In this document: positions 39,682 to 49,766 of the stretch, piece by piece
How the letters are laid out: each line of letters starts with the position of its first letter
How positions within the stretch are numbered: the first letter of the stretch is position 1
DNA from: Limnothrix sp. BL-A-16
GTDB taxonomy: Bacteria > Cyanobacteriota > Cyanobacteriia > CACIAM-69d
DNA: 64,000 nucleotides
Assembly: GCA_041937175.2 (NCBI GenBank)
Contig: CP166615.1
Location: forward strand, 1,344,001 to 1,408,000
Direction: 5' to 3'
Made by a program: the position numbers and the translations under genes
Notes under the pieces: generated by a model
Seen by the model: the letters and a program-made list of their open reading frames with translations, nothing else
Told to the model about the DNA's origin: nothing
Databases searched by the model: none

Positions 39682-40131
39682 GTGGAACGTACGTTTATTG
39701 CCATCAAACCCGATGGCGTGCAGCGCGGTCTGATTGGTGAAATCATCAAGCGTTTTGAAGTCAAAGGCTTCACCCTCGTGGGTCTCAAGCTGCTGAACGT
39801 GAGCCGCGAGCTAGCTGAAGAGCACTACTCGGTACACCGCGAGCGCCCCTTCTTTGCTGGCTTGGTGGAATTCATCACCTCCGGCCCCGTGGTGGCGATG
39901 GTGTGGGAAGGTGACGGCGTGGTGGCATCGGCCCGCCAAATCATTGGGGCCACCAACCCCCTGACCGCCAATCCGGGCACGATCCGGGGTGACTTTGGGG
40001 TCAACATTGGCCGCAACCTGATCCATGGTTCCGACGCAGTGGAAACGGCCCAGCGCGAAATCGCATTGTGGTTCAAGGATGAGGAGCTGGCCAACTGGTC
40101 TCCGACGATCAGCAAGTGGCTGTACGAATAG
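39682..40131 (+). CDS. ndk: Nucleoside diphosphate kinase
   Basis: [25 protein letters not shown] and NLIHGSD; start GTG 39682 or 39673. Confidence 0.98.
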   Translation: MERTFIAIKPDGVQRGLIGEIIKRFEVKGFTLVGLKLLNVSRELAEEHYSVHRERPFFAGLVEFITSGPVVAMVWEGDGVVASARQIIGATNPLTANPGTIRGDFGVNIGRNLIHGSDAVETAQREIALWFKDEELANWSPTISKWLYE

Positions 40132-40305
40132 GATCGTTCACTAACCCTCGCCACTTGCGAGATTGGGGCGCGTCCTCAAATTCGATTCATGAAAACTCGA
40201 TTCAATGGGGCTGGGATATGTGGATCTGCTCAATGTAGATCTGCTCACCCCCATGATCTTGGGCAAGGGGCTGAAGCCCCTTGTCTTTGTTGATTTTTGG
40301 GTCTT

Positions 40306-41289
40306 TTAGCCGCGACTGTGGAACTCGATTTGATTGCCCCGAATGATCAGGTCATAGCCACCGAAAAAGTTTTGACCCAATAGCCCAATTTCCAAGACCG
40401 GTGCAACGCCCACTTCTAGGTTGCTGACCGACAGGCCTTCCACTTGCACGGTGTCAATGCGGGCCAAGTCCATGGTGACACGGCGATCGCTCGGGGTTGA
40501 AACCAAGATCTTGTCATGGGGCCGAATGCCGAGAGCTGACAGCATTTTGCTGGTGATCACGGTGGCGCTGGCTCCGGTGTCCAACATCATGGGAAATTTG
40601 CGCCCGTTGAAGGTCACTTCAATGACGGGAATGCCACTGACCCGCTGAATGATGGGGATGGTGGCGATGACGGGCCCGGAACTGGCAACGGTGCTGTTTG
40701 GGCTGTCGCTGCCGGTTTCTGGAGCGGGCAGGTTGGAACTGGTGTCAGGGTTGCCGCTGGGGCTGCTGACGGGGATGGGGGTGGCGGCGGCTCCCGGTTG
40801 GGTTCCGCCGTTGTTGCTTGGGGTGGTGTTGCTGGCGGGGGCGCTCAGGGGTTGGGCGGCAATGGTGGCGGGGGGTTGGGCGATCGGCTGGCGCGATCGC
40901 TCCCGGGCATAGGCCAAGTTGCTGCGGTATTCCTGGATTTTGGCTTGGGCTTGGGCATGTTGAGCACTTTGGGGTGGCACTGATTGCAGCACCACGATCG
41001 CCTCTTGCCAACGGGACATGACATATTGCCAATCCGCTGGGATGTAGGCCGATTGGGTGAGCTTTGCTGCGCCATAGCCCAAGTCCAGGGCTTTTTGGAA
41101 GGTGGCGGCTCCGTCGATCACCGGGGTGGGCGTGGTGGGTACTTGGGGCTTCGCGGCGATCGGGGCGGGGGCGCTTTCGTTGGTTTCGGCGGGCGCGGCG
41201 GTCGGGGCAGAGCCAAGGGGCAGCGCCTCACAACCGGCCAGGGCGATCGCCCCTAGCCCAATCCAGGTTGCCCACAGTTGCTTCCACAT
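40306..41289 (-). CDS. Lipoprotein with retropepsin-like aspartyl protease domain
   Basis: Lipobox LAGC, P/S/T linker, LDTGAS and GLLGQNF. Confidence 0.88.
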   Translation of the reverse strand: MWKQLWATWIGLGAIALAGCEALPLGSAPTAAPAETNESAPAPIAAKPQVPTTPTPVIDGAATFQKALDLGYGAAKLTQSAYIPADWQYVMSRWQEAIVVLQSVPPQSAQHAQAQAKIQEYRSNLAYARERSRQPIAQPPATIAAQPLSAPASNTTPSNNGGTQPGAAATPIPVSSPSGNPDTSSNLPAPETGSDSPNSTVASSGPVIATIPIIQRVSGIPVIEVTFNGRKFPMMLDTGASATVITSKMLSALGIRPHDKILVSTPSDRRVTMDLARIDTVQVEGLSVSNLEVGVAPVLEIGLLGQNFFGGYDLIIRGNQIEFHSRG

Positions 41290-41414
41290 GGCTTTGATTC
41301 TTGGTTTGAAGGTTAACGGCAACGTTGACTGCAAAAAAGCCCCTTAATTTGGGGGGTGGGTCGGGAAAATCAGCCCTTGACATCTTGATTGATCGAACAG
41401 GCAACAACCCCTGA

Positions 41415-41545
41415 GAGGATGTCTGAAAAGTGTCTTTTGGCACGGGCAATGCACCAATAGTCGTGGGGGCAAGGGGCTTAAGCCCCTTGTCTTCGTCGAT
41501 CAATGAGGCGTGCAGAGTATTGATTTTGGCTTTTCAGACATCCTC
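41415..41545. mobile_element. 131-bp MITE with IS5-type terminal inverted repeats and internal REP hairpin
   Basis: Perfect 16-bp TIRs GAGGATGTCTGAAAAG / CTTTTCAGACATCCTC, with TGA on both sides (41412-14, 41546-48). Confidence 0.9.
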
Positions 41546-41696
41546 TGAGACTGACCTTTCCCCAATATTTTTTCCTAGGTTTCCCAAAATCCTATAGAAA
41601 ACTGTCGAATTTGATAGCACTCGCGGGCCAGAAATGATTCTATATAGACTTGATTTTATGCCCACTTCATCGACTGCTGCACAGGCATTGCTCACC

Positions 41697-42878
41697 ATGT
41701 CTTCAACTTCCGATCGCCCAGCGCTTTTAGTCTTGGCCGATGGCAGCGCCTATTTGGGTCGCAGCTTCGGAGCCACCGGCACAACCGTTGGCGAAGTCGT
41801 CTTTAACACCGGCATGACTGGCTATCAGGAGGTGCTGACCGATCCGAGCTATTGCGGCCAGATTGTGCTGTTCACCTATCCGGAGTTGGGCAACGTTGGC
41901 ATCAACCCGGAAGATGAGGAGTCCGATCGCCCCTATGTGTGCGGGGCGATCGCCCGCAACGTGTCTCGCCGGCCGAGCAACTGGCGATCGACCGAGGCCC
42001 TGCCGGACTACATGGCCCGCCATGATATTCCAGGGATCTACGGGGTTGATACTCGGGCGATCGTCCGCAAAATTCGGGCCGTGGGGGCCATGAACGGGGC
42101 AATTTCCACGGAAATTTTGGATCCAGCAGATCTGCTGCGGTTGGTGCAACAAACCCCGAGCATGGCGGGCTTGAACCTGGTGAAGGAAGTCACCACGGCG
42201 GAAATTTACGAGTGGACGGAAGGAACCCAACCGGAATGGGAATTTAACCCGGCGACGGAGGCGGCCAAGGCCACCACGGGTGATCAGCCGTTGACGGTGG
42301 TGGCGCTGGATTTTGGTGTGAAGCGGAATATTCTGCGCCGGTTGGCGAGTTTTGGTTGCCGCATCATTGTGGTGCCCGCCAGCACCCCGATCGACACCAT
42401 TTTGGGATTCAATCCCGATGGCATTTTCCTCTCCAACGGCCCCGGCGACCCGTCCGCTGTCACCGAAGGTATTGAAACGGTGCAACAACTGGTGAATGCC
42501 AACAAGCCCATGTTTGGCATTTGCATGGGTCACCAAATTTTGGGTTTGGCGCTGGGAGCCGAAACCTTCAAGCTCAAGTTTGGTCACCGCGGCCTGAACC
42601 AACCGGCCGGCTTTGCGGGGCAGCAGGTGGAAATTACCAGCCAAAACCACAGTTTCGCCATTTCTGACGGTTCCCTGACGGAAGGGGAGGTGGAAGTGAC
42701 GCATTTGAACCTGAACGATCGAACGATCGCGGGCTTGCGCCACCGCCAATTGCCGCTGTTTTCGGTGCAATATCACCCAGAAGCCAGCCCCGGCCCCCAC
42801 GATGCCGATTATCTGTTTGAAAAATTCGTGCGATCGATGCAAGATGCCCGCCGCACTCGATCGACCGTTCCGGCCTAG
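41697..42878 (+). CDS. carA: Carbamoyl-phosphate synthase small subunit
   Basis: [29 protein letters not shown] and [12 protein letters not shown]; start uncertain (41658/41697). Confidence 0.97.
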   Translation: MSSTSDRPALLVLADGSAYLGRSFGATGTTVGEVVFNTGMTGYQEVLTDPSYCGQIVLFTYPELGNVGINPEDEESDRPYVCGAIARNVSRRPSNWRSTEALPDYMARHDIPGIYGVDTRAIVRKIRAVGAMNGAISTEILDPADLLRLVQQTPSMAGLNLVKEVTTAEIYEWTEGTQPEWEFNPATEAAKATTGDQPLTVVALDFGVKRNILRRLASFGCRIIVVPASTPIDTILGFNPDGIFLSNGPGDPSAVTEGIETVQQLVNANKPMFGICMGHQILGLALGAETFKLKFGHRGLNQPAGFAGQQVEITSQNHSFAISDGSLTEGEVEVTHLNLNDRTIAGLRHRQLPLFSVQYHPEASPGPHDADYLFEKFVRSMQDARRTRSTVPA

Positions 42879-42951
42879 GCAACTGGGATCGTGTTTGGGC
42901 AATCAATCCCAATCGACAGGAACTCAAGCACGCTAACCCAACAAATTTAAG

Positions 42952-42977
42952 GTAGGGGCGCACATCAGTGCGCCCTA
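42952..42977 (+). repeat. GTAG-type REP-like hairpin
   Basis: GTAG-GGGCGCAC-atca-GTGCGCCC. Confidence 0.6.
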
Positions 42978-43028
42978 AATTGATCGTTTTATTTACTATT
43001 CTCGTGCAGAAATTTCAAATTCTTCCAT

Positions 43029-43050
43029 AAAAAAAGGGGCCGAAGCCCCT
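43029..43050 (-). terminator. Intrinsic terminator (minus strand)
   Basis: AGGGGC-TTCG-GCCCCT followed by a T-run. Confidence 0.8.
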
Positions 43051-43243
43051 CAACCACCAAAATTCCACCAAAGATTTAGAGAACTTGACCAGTTAACGAT
43101 CGCTCTCATGCTTCATGCTTTGAAAATGATCATCAAGCATCAAAGTCGATCGCAGCACCGACCGAGGAAAGCACTCAATCGCGGACAATTCAGCGTGGGT
43201 CACTGAGTTAAAAACCTAGTTAGCAACTCAGCTAGCACCTCAG

Positions 43244-44305
43244 TTAGCGAACGGTTCCCCGTAATGCTTCCGCATCCACTCCCGGTAACAGGAACAGACG
43301 CAGCAAATGCCCAAAAATTTTCACCTGAATCGGGAGCTTCTTCAGGGATTTCAACCACTTGGGCTGTGGTGACTTCTCGATCGTGCTCATCTGCTGATTC
43401 AGATCAGAACATTGATGGAGCCGATCGAGAAATTCTGGATGATCCACATTCAAAACGGAGGGGAAAGCCCGCGCCGCCGTTTCGTTGGTTTTGCGAATCA
43501 CTTCCGCATCAAAATCCGTGGGATCGATGCCAAGGGTGTGATAAAAATTCGCGCGCTCATGTACCGTCAGGGTGTGGGTTGCGAACACCGTCAGCAGGAA
43601 AAAGCGGCTCCAGAGGCGCGATTGCCAGGTTTGCCACAGGCTGGGCTGCGATCGCAGGAGGGCCTTGAAGATATCTCCATGGCGATTTTCATCCTGACAC
43701 CAAGGTTCAAAGTATTTGAACAGTGGATAAAACTGATTTTCGGGATGAGCAGCCAAATGGCGATGGATCAGAATATAGCGCCAGTAGCCAATTTTTTCGG
43801 ACAAATAAACCGTGTAAATCACCCACTCGATCGGGAAGAAGGTGTACTGACGATTCTTGGTTAAATGTCCCAAATCCAAAGTACGGCCAAAATCTCCCAT
43901 GGCCTTATTCAGAAATCCCGCGTGGCGAGCCTCATCCCGCGCCATTAATTGGAACATTTCCGCCAACAACGGGCTGCGTTGCTTCACGCGGCGCGACAGT
44001 TCCTTAAAGAGTAAAAACCCCGAAAATTCAGAAACGCACGATCGCTCCAGGTAGTCAATAAACGCCTGCCGAGCCTCACCCGTAATGTGATCCCAGGACT
44101 GATTAAACGATTGATCGCGCACAAAGTGATCGCGATTGTAGTCCGCGCGCATTTCCGCCAACATCGCTTCTAGTTCCGTTGCTTGGGCTGACAAATCCAG
44201 GCCCGCCGCCACCTCAAAATTTGTGGTGTAAAAGCGTGGTGTCAGGAGATTTTCTTGAATTGCGACCTGCTTGGCGATCGCGGGTTTTGCCAATGAATCA
44301 ACCAT
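43244..44305 (-). CDS. acsF: Mg-protoporphyrin IX monomethyl ester oxidative cyclase (likely low-O2 paralog)
   Basis: ENLLTPRFYTT, SEFSGFLL, DEARHAG, SEKIGYWRY and DENRHGD; start ATG 44305. Confidence 0.95.
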   Translation of the reverse strand: MVDSLAKPAIAKQVAIQENLLTPRFYTTNFEVAAGLDLSAQATELEAMLAEMRADYNRDHFVRDQSFNQSWDHITGEARQAFIDYLERSCVSEFSGFLLFKELSRRVKQRSPLLAEMFQLMARDEARHAGFLNKAMGDFGRTLDLGHLTKNRQYTFFPIEWVIYTVYLSEKIGYWRYILIHRHLAAHPENQFYPLFKYFEPWCQDENRHGDIFKALLRSQPSLWQTWQSRLWSRFFLLTVFATHTLTVHERANFYHTLGIDPTDFDAEVIRKTNETAARAFPSVLNVDHPEFLDRLHQCSDLNQQMSTIEKSPQPKWLKSLKKLPIQVKIFGHLLRLFLLPGVDAEALRGTVR

Positions 44306-44601
44306 GGTTAAAGATCGAAGATCAGAAATTAAGGACTGAACCAAAACGGAACGAAGACTAAACAAAAGCTCAAGTTGAGTCTGCGCTGGCGCTCGGAAAC
44401 CCCCAACTGTCAGCGCTGAGCGCTGGGATGGGGCGGGAAGTGGGTCTGCTGGCGGTGCTGGGAGAGCCGAATCGTCGGTGGTGACCGCCTGCCGGGGGAC
44501 TGGTTTGTTAAGTTATGAGAATTTCCTACTATTGAATCATTTAATCGCTATATGGTTATTTATCGTTAACAGAATTTTACGCAGCCTAGGAGCGGGCCAC
44601 C

Positions 44602-45366
44602 ATGAGCCACGACCTGAGCCACAGTCCCCAACCCCTCGCCCCCGGACATCAACTCGCCGCGCGCCTGCGGGAGGGAACCCAGCAATCCCACACCAGCGCC
44701 GAGAACACGGCCTACATGAAGTGCTTTCTGAAGGGCATTGTGGTGCGCGAGGCTTTTCAGAAACTTTTGGCGAATTTGTATTGGGTTTATGATGCCCTGG
44801 AAACGGAACTCGATCGGCTGAAAGATCACCCGATCGTTGGACAAATCTACTTTCCAGAGTTGCTGCGGCGCGATCAATTAGCCCGCGATCTTGCCTTTTA
44901 TTACGGGGAAGATTGGGAAGCGAAAATTAATCCCAGCAGCATCACCTTGAACTATTTGATGCGGATTCACTGGGCAGCTTCAGAGCAGCCAGAACGGCTA
45001 ATTGCCCATGCCTATGTGCGCTATTTGGGTGATTTGTCGGGCGGTCAAGGCCTACGGACGATCGCGCGATCGGCTTTGAATTTGCCAGCCGATCAGGGAA
45101 CCCGTTTACATGAATTTGACTCATTGCCAACGCCCGAAGCCAAGCGGGATTTCAAGATGCGCTATCGGGATCTTTTAAACGCACTACCCTTGAGTGAAGC
45201 GCAAGTGGCGGGCATCGTTGAAGAGGCAAACCTCGCCTTTCGTTTGAATCGCCAGTTGGTGGAAAGTTTGGAACCGGTGATTCAAGCGGCCGTGAATTCC
45301 GCCATTTTTGAAGAAGTGGTTTTGCAATCTCGCAAGGGCAGCACTGAATTGGTGAGTGTGAGTTAG
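44602..45366 (+). CDS. Heme oxygenase (Ho2-like)
   Basis: LREGTQQSHTSAENTAYMKCFLKG and AHAYVRYLGDLSGGQ. Confidence 0.95.
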   Translation: MSHDLSHSPQPLAPGHQLAARLREGTQQSHTSAENTAYMKCFLKGIVVREAFQKLLANLYWVYDALETELDRLKDHPIVGQIYFPELLRRDQLARDLAFYYGEDWEAKINPSSITLNYLMRIHWAASEQPERLIAHAYVRYLGDLSGGQGLRTIARSALNLPADQGTRLHEFDSLPTPEAKRDFKMRYRDLLNALPLSEAQVAGIVEEANLAFRLNRQLVESLEPVIQAAVNSAIFEEVVLQSRKGSTELVSVS

Positions 45367-45573
45367 CGATCACCCACCATGTTCGCCATTCATCTGCTGT
45401 TCACTCGCAATTGTTGGTGAATTCTCAGCCAATCAACTGTTCATCCCACAACAACCATTGCTCGGGCGATCGCTCGGTGAATTAATTTATTGATTTTCTG
45501 GGCGATCGCTCCTTTTTTGACCTGTTCGTATTTTGCCGTTTGGTGTTTTTGAATCCCGCTAGGAACTCCACCC

Positions 45574-46977
45574 ATGCAAGTTTTAGATCAAGCTTTAAAT
45601 TTGGCCTTTGATGCAGATTTGATTCAAAAATATAATTGCTCTTTACCTCGCTATACCAGCTACCCACCCGCCACAGAACTTTCGACTCAGTTTCCAGAAC
45701 AAGACTGGATCCAATCCATTCAGCGTGGCAACGATCGCAAAACGCCCCTTTCGCTGTATTGCCACATTCCTTTTTGCGAATCGGCTTGCTATTTTTGTGG
45801 TTGCAACACGGTCATTACTCAACACAAGGCCGTCACAGAAACCTATTTGGATTATCTGCAACGTCACATTGAGCAAGTCTCAAGGTATTTATCAAATGAC
45901 CGATTGGTCAATCAGATGCATTGGGGAGGCGGCACTCCAAATTATTTATCGATCGAGCAGGTACAACATCTTTGGAAAATTCTGCACCAACATTTCCAAT
46001 TTACCGATGATGCAGAACTGTCGATCGAGGTGAATCCGCGTCCTCTCACGGAAGCCTATGTTTCTGCCTTGCGATCGCTCGGCTTTAATCGCATTAGCTT
46101 TGGCATTCAAGACTTCAATCCTGTTGTTCAGGAAGCCATTAACCGCATTCAACCGGAAGAAATGCTTTTCCAGGCGATGGATTGGATGCGATCGGCTGAG
46201 TTTGAAAGCATCAATGTAGATTTGATCTATGGGTTGCCTTTCCAGGATCTCAACACCTTCCGGGAAACGCTGCATAAAACCCTGGCGCTGAATCCCGATC
46301 GAATTGCAGTGTTTAACTTTGCCTATGTGCCTTGGATGAAACCAATTCAGCGGCGGATTCCCTACGATGCATTGCCATCGGCGGAAGAGAAACTCGACAT
46401 TTTACAAATGACGATCGCCACCCTCACGGAAGCGGGCTACACCTTCATTGGGATGGATCACTTTGCCAAGCCCAATGATGAATTGGCGATCGCCCAGCAC
46501 CAGGGACAGCTTCACCGCAACTTCCAAGGCTATACAACACAGCCCGATTCTGATCTGATTGGGTTTGGGATGACTTCGATCGGAATGCTGAATGATGTGT
46601 ATACCCAAAATCAAAAGCGTCTGCGGGATTATTACCGAGCCATTGACTATCAAACGCTCCCGATCGAGCGTGGGGTTACTCTGGACGCTGATGATATTTT
46701 GCGGCGTTCCATCATCATGGAGCTGATGTGTCAATTTCAGGTCGATCGGGATGCGCTGGCCCAAAAATATGGGCTGTCTTTTAAGCACAGTTTGGAAGCC
46801 CATTTTTCGCAGGAATATTTGGATTTGCGAAATCTGGAAAGCGATGGACTGTTGACCCTCAATCCGAACCGCATTACTATCACCCCGATCGGTCGGTTGT
46901 TGGTGCGAAATATTGCTTCTGTGTTCGATCATTATCTGCGTGCCCAGACCTATAACGGTTTCTCAAAGGCAGTTTAG
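45574..46977 (+). CDS. hemN: Oxygen-independent coproporphyrinogen III oxidase
   Basis: PRYTSYP, HIPFCESACYFCGC, GGGTP and RNFQGYT. Confidence 0.96.
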   Translation: MQVLDQALNLAFDADLIQKYNCSLPRYTSYPPATELSTQFPEQDWIQSIQRGNDRKTPLSLYCHIPFCESACYFCGCNTVITQHKAVTETYLDYLQRHIEQVSRYLSNDRLVNQMHWGGGTPNYLSIEQVQHLWKILHQHFQFTDDAELSIEVNPRPLTEAYVSALRSLGFNRISFGIQDFNPVVQEAINRIQPEEMLFQAMDWMRSAEFESINVDLIYGLPFQDLNTFRETLHKTLALNPDRIAVFNFAYVPWMKPIQRRIPYDALPSAEEKLDILQMTIATLTEAGYTFIGMDHFAKPNDELAIAQHQGQLHRNFQGYTTQPDSDLIGFGMTSIGMLNDVYTQNQKRLRDYYRAIDYQTLPIERGVTLDADDILRRSIIMELMCQFQVDRDALAQKYGLSFKHSLEAHFSQEYLDLRNLESDGLLTLNPNRITITPIGRLLVRNIASVFDHYLRAQTYNGFSKAV

Positions 46978-47138
46978 ACTCAGGATGAAAATCCTTTGGC
47001 GGATCGTAGGTGGGTAAGGGGCTTAAGCCCCTTGTCTGGGGCGGTTAGGGTAAGCCAGTTTAGACTCAGGATGAAGATCCTTTGGTAGATCGTGGGTGGG
47101 CAAGGGGCTTAAGCCCCTTGTCTAGGGCGGTTAGGGTA
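46970..47138. repeat. 86-bp tandem duplication containing a REP hairpin
   Basis: Units start at 46970 and 47056 with CAGTTTAGACTCAGGATGAA...AAGGGGCTTAAGCCCCTTGTCT. Confidence 0.9.
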
Positions 47139-47350
47139 TGGAGAATTAACCGTTCTGAAATTAACTGTTTTGATCTGAAATTGAGCCTCAACTTGTCTTC
47201 ATAAACTAAAGTTTGCATTCTAAAACCCATTGCTAAACAATTGCAGCTTCAAATCGGTGGACAATGGGCGATGTGACCCATAGTTCATGACGATCAGGTT
47301 GTCAAAAACAGGAACCAAATAGCAGGGGCAAAATGATTGGTAGCAAAATA

Positions 47351-48378
47351 CAGTTCTTACCGTAATCACTAGGTACAATAACAACATTTGGTAAACCAGT
47401 TTTTCAGGCACTGTAAATCCACCAGTCGGGCTGCCAATCTAGTTAATTGTTCCAACACTTCTATGGTTTCTGTTCTAAATTTCCACAAAAAGATTTTTAA
47501 CTGTGACCACATCATTTCTATAGGTTTAAAATCTGGTGAGTACACTGGCAGATATTCTACTGTTGCTCCTACTGCTTCTATCATTTCTTTCACTTCTGGA
47601 CGATGATGAGAGTTTAAGTTGTCCATGATAACCACATCACCCACTTTTAACTGCTGTGCCAAATTTACTTTAACAAACTCTAGAAAATCTTCCTTTTTCA
47701 TTGAGCCTTTCAATCCTTTTATTGTGACAACTCCTGATCGCCTGATCGCACTAATGACTGTCATCTTTTTACCGTAATAGGGCTTCTGGGTTTCATAAGC
47801 CTTCATTCCTTTTTTAGCTCTGGCCATGGGGCGATTCATCCCAACCCAAAAACCGCTTTCGTCAATGAAGACAAGCTTTTCAGCTTCCACTTTCAAAATT
47901 CGCTGCCAGTAGCTCACGCGCTCGGCTTGTACTTCCGCCGTGATTACTTTTTCGCTCCTGTATGTTTTTTTGAGGCTGATGTCATGTTGCTTTAAAAATC
48001 GATCCATCATGCTTGTGTTAGAACTGACACCCAATTTTTCTTGCACTGCTTCGCAATACTCTCGCAATGTAAAATCAGGATTAGTCTCTACAATTTCTAA
48101 GATGGCTTCTTCATGCTGAGACAAGATGCTCACTCGCTTCGTGCCACACTTCTTAGGTACTAAGCTTCCAGTTGAACGATATAGATTTAGAAGCCGCCTG
48201 ACGGTATCTGGACTAATCGAAAACTGTTTTGCCACTTTCCGAATTGAAGTGTCTCCCTTTTCGTAGGCTTCTACAATCTTTCGGCGCAAGTCCAGAGAAT
48301 AACGACCCATGAGTTTTCCTGACGATAACTCAACTACACTTATAATTATGTCGTACCAATCGTTCTAGGTAAAGGCTG
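47351..48378 (-). mobile_element. IS630-family insertion sequence
   Basis: Imperfect terminal repeats CAGTTCTTACC...GGTAC and CAGCCTTTACC...GGTAC; TA on the left flank only; low GC; no HIP1 seen. Confidence 0.8.
47369..48310 (-). CDS. IS630 transposase
   Basis: YSLDLRRKIV HTH, FIDESG, IMDN..SH and YSPDFKPIE. Confidence 0.93.
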   Translation of the reverse strand: MGRYSLDLRRKIVEAYEKGDTSIRKVAKQFSISPDTVRRLLNLYRSTGSLVPKKCGTKRVSILSQHEEAILEIVETNPDFTLREYCEAVQEKLGVSSNTSMMDRFLKQHDISLKKTYRSEKVITAEVQAERVSYWQRILKVEAEKLVFIDESGFWVGMNRPMARAKKGMKAYETQKPYYGKKMTVISAIRRSGVVTIKGLKGSMKKEDFLEFVKVNLAQQLKVGDVVIMDNLNSHHRPEVKEMIEAVGATVEYLPVYSPDFKPIEMMWSQLKIFLWKFRTETIEVLEQLTRLAARLVDLQCLKNWFTKCCYCT

Positions 48379-48594
48379 TTGGCTGGCGTGTTTTAGGCGA
48401 AATTGTCCCTGAAATGGATTGCCGATCGGCTGAGGCGGTGTTTGGGCCAGTGGTTGCCGTTGATCCTTCAGTGGATTCCATGCGCACAATTTGTGGCCCA
48501 GTCATTGCGAGAAGGGCCATGAAGCGGTACAAAGCGATCGCAGCGGGGCACTGTTCACCCGGGGTCTTGTGGCAATTGCGGAGCAGTGTAATCC

Positions 48595-49503
48595 ATGACA
48601 GCGGACTTTTGGACTTGGTATGCACAAGCGCGCCGCCAAGCATCGGAGCAGCAAGTACCCATCGGGGAACTGGATTGGCTCCTGGTCGAATGGGCCGGGG
48701 TCGATCGGCTGCGGCTGCGGCTCCAGGTGGGCGATCTGCCTTCGGGAATCGACCTAGAACGCTTGGATCAACTGTGGCAGCGGCGATTGGTCGATCGCGT
48801 GCCGGTGCAGTACCTGGCGGGGGTAGTGGGCTGGCGTAACTTTCGGCTGCGCGTTTCCCCGGGGGTGCTGATTCCTCGACCCGAGACGGAGTTAATTGTG
48901 GACTTGGCTTGGGAGCTGACGGCGACTAACGCCCTCTTGCGGCGCGGGGTTTGGGCAGATTTGGGGACGGGGAGCGGGGCGATCGCCCTGGCGCTGGCGG
49001 AAGCCATGCCAGAAGCAACGATTTGGGCGGTGGATCAATCGACAACGGCGCTGGAAATTGCTCACCTCAATGCCACGCACACAGGGCTGGATCACCGAAT
49101 TCACCTCGCGTTGGGGAACTGGTTTGAACCTTTGGCAGATTTGGCCGGCCACCTGGCGGGGATGGTTTCTAATCCGCCCTATATCCCAAGCGCGGAAGTG
49201 CCTGTCTTGCAGCGGGAGGTGGCCGACCATGAACCCCATGGGGCTTTGGATGGTGGGCCCGATGGCCTCGATTGCTTGCGCCATTTGGTGAAGTTGGCTC
49301 CGGCCTATCTCCGACCGGGCGGCGTTTGGCTGGTGGAGGTGATGGCTGGGCAGGCTCCGGCGGTGATGGAACTGTTGTGGGCCAAGGGGTCGTATCAGGA
49401 GATTATGACTCATCGGGATTTGGCGGGAATTGATCGATTTGTTTCAGCCAGATACCAACCGCTACGTCGCCCGCTCCCTGTGGAAATCGCCCCCACCGCG
49501 TGA
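48595..49503 (+). CDS. prmC: Release factor glutamine methyltransferase
   Basis: VLIPRPETE, DLGTGSGAIA and SNPPYI. Confidence 0.96.
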   Translation: MTADFWTWYAQARRQASEQQVPIGELDWLLVEWAGVDRLRLRLQVGDLPSGIDLERLDQLWQRRLVDRVPVQYLAGVVGWRNFRLRVSPGVLIPRPETELIVDLAWELTATNALLRRGVWADLGTGSGAIALALAEAMPEATIWAVDQSTTALEIAHLNATHTGLDHRIHLALGNWFEPLADLAGHLAGMVSNPPYIPSAEVPVLQREVADHEPHGALDGGPDGLDCLRHLVKLAPAYLRPGGVWLVEVMAGQAPAVMELLWAKGSYQEIMTHRDLAGIDRFVSARYQPLRRPLPVEIAPTA

Positions 49504-49766
49504 TAATAGGAAGGTTATCTGAACGGGCTTTTGCCCTGGGTTGCCTGAGCGATTTCTAAGGGGCGATCGGGACTGCGATCGGGTGATGGGTGCTTGATTG
49601 GGTGGGTGCGCTGGGATCAGTGCCGCCTCCAGAAAGAGCCGGATCCAGTTCAATGGCATTGACCGCATCCGGAAAAGCGTTCAGGCAAAAATGTTCAGAG
49701 AAAACGTGGCTTCTAGTCTGGGGCTGCGGCGTTGGTGATCGTTCAGCTATGGTGTGTTGAAAGTTC

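Noticed and set aside
41727..42902. 391-aa antisense ORF over carA
   Set aside because: Shadow ORF caused by codon bias on the opposite strand of a clear gene; no recognisable motifs.
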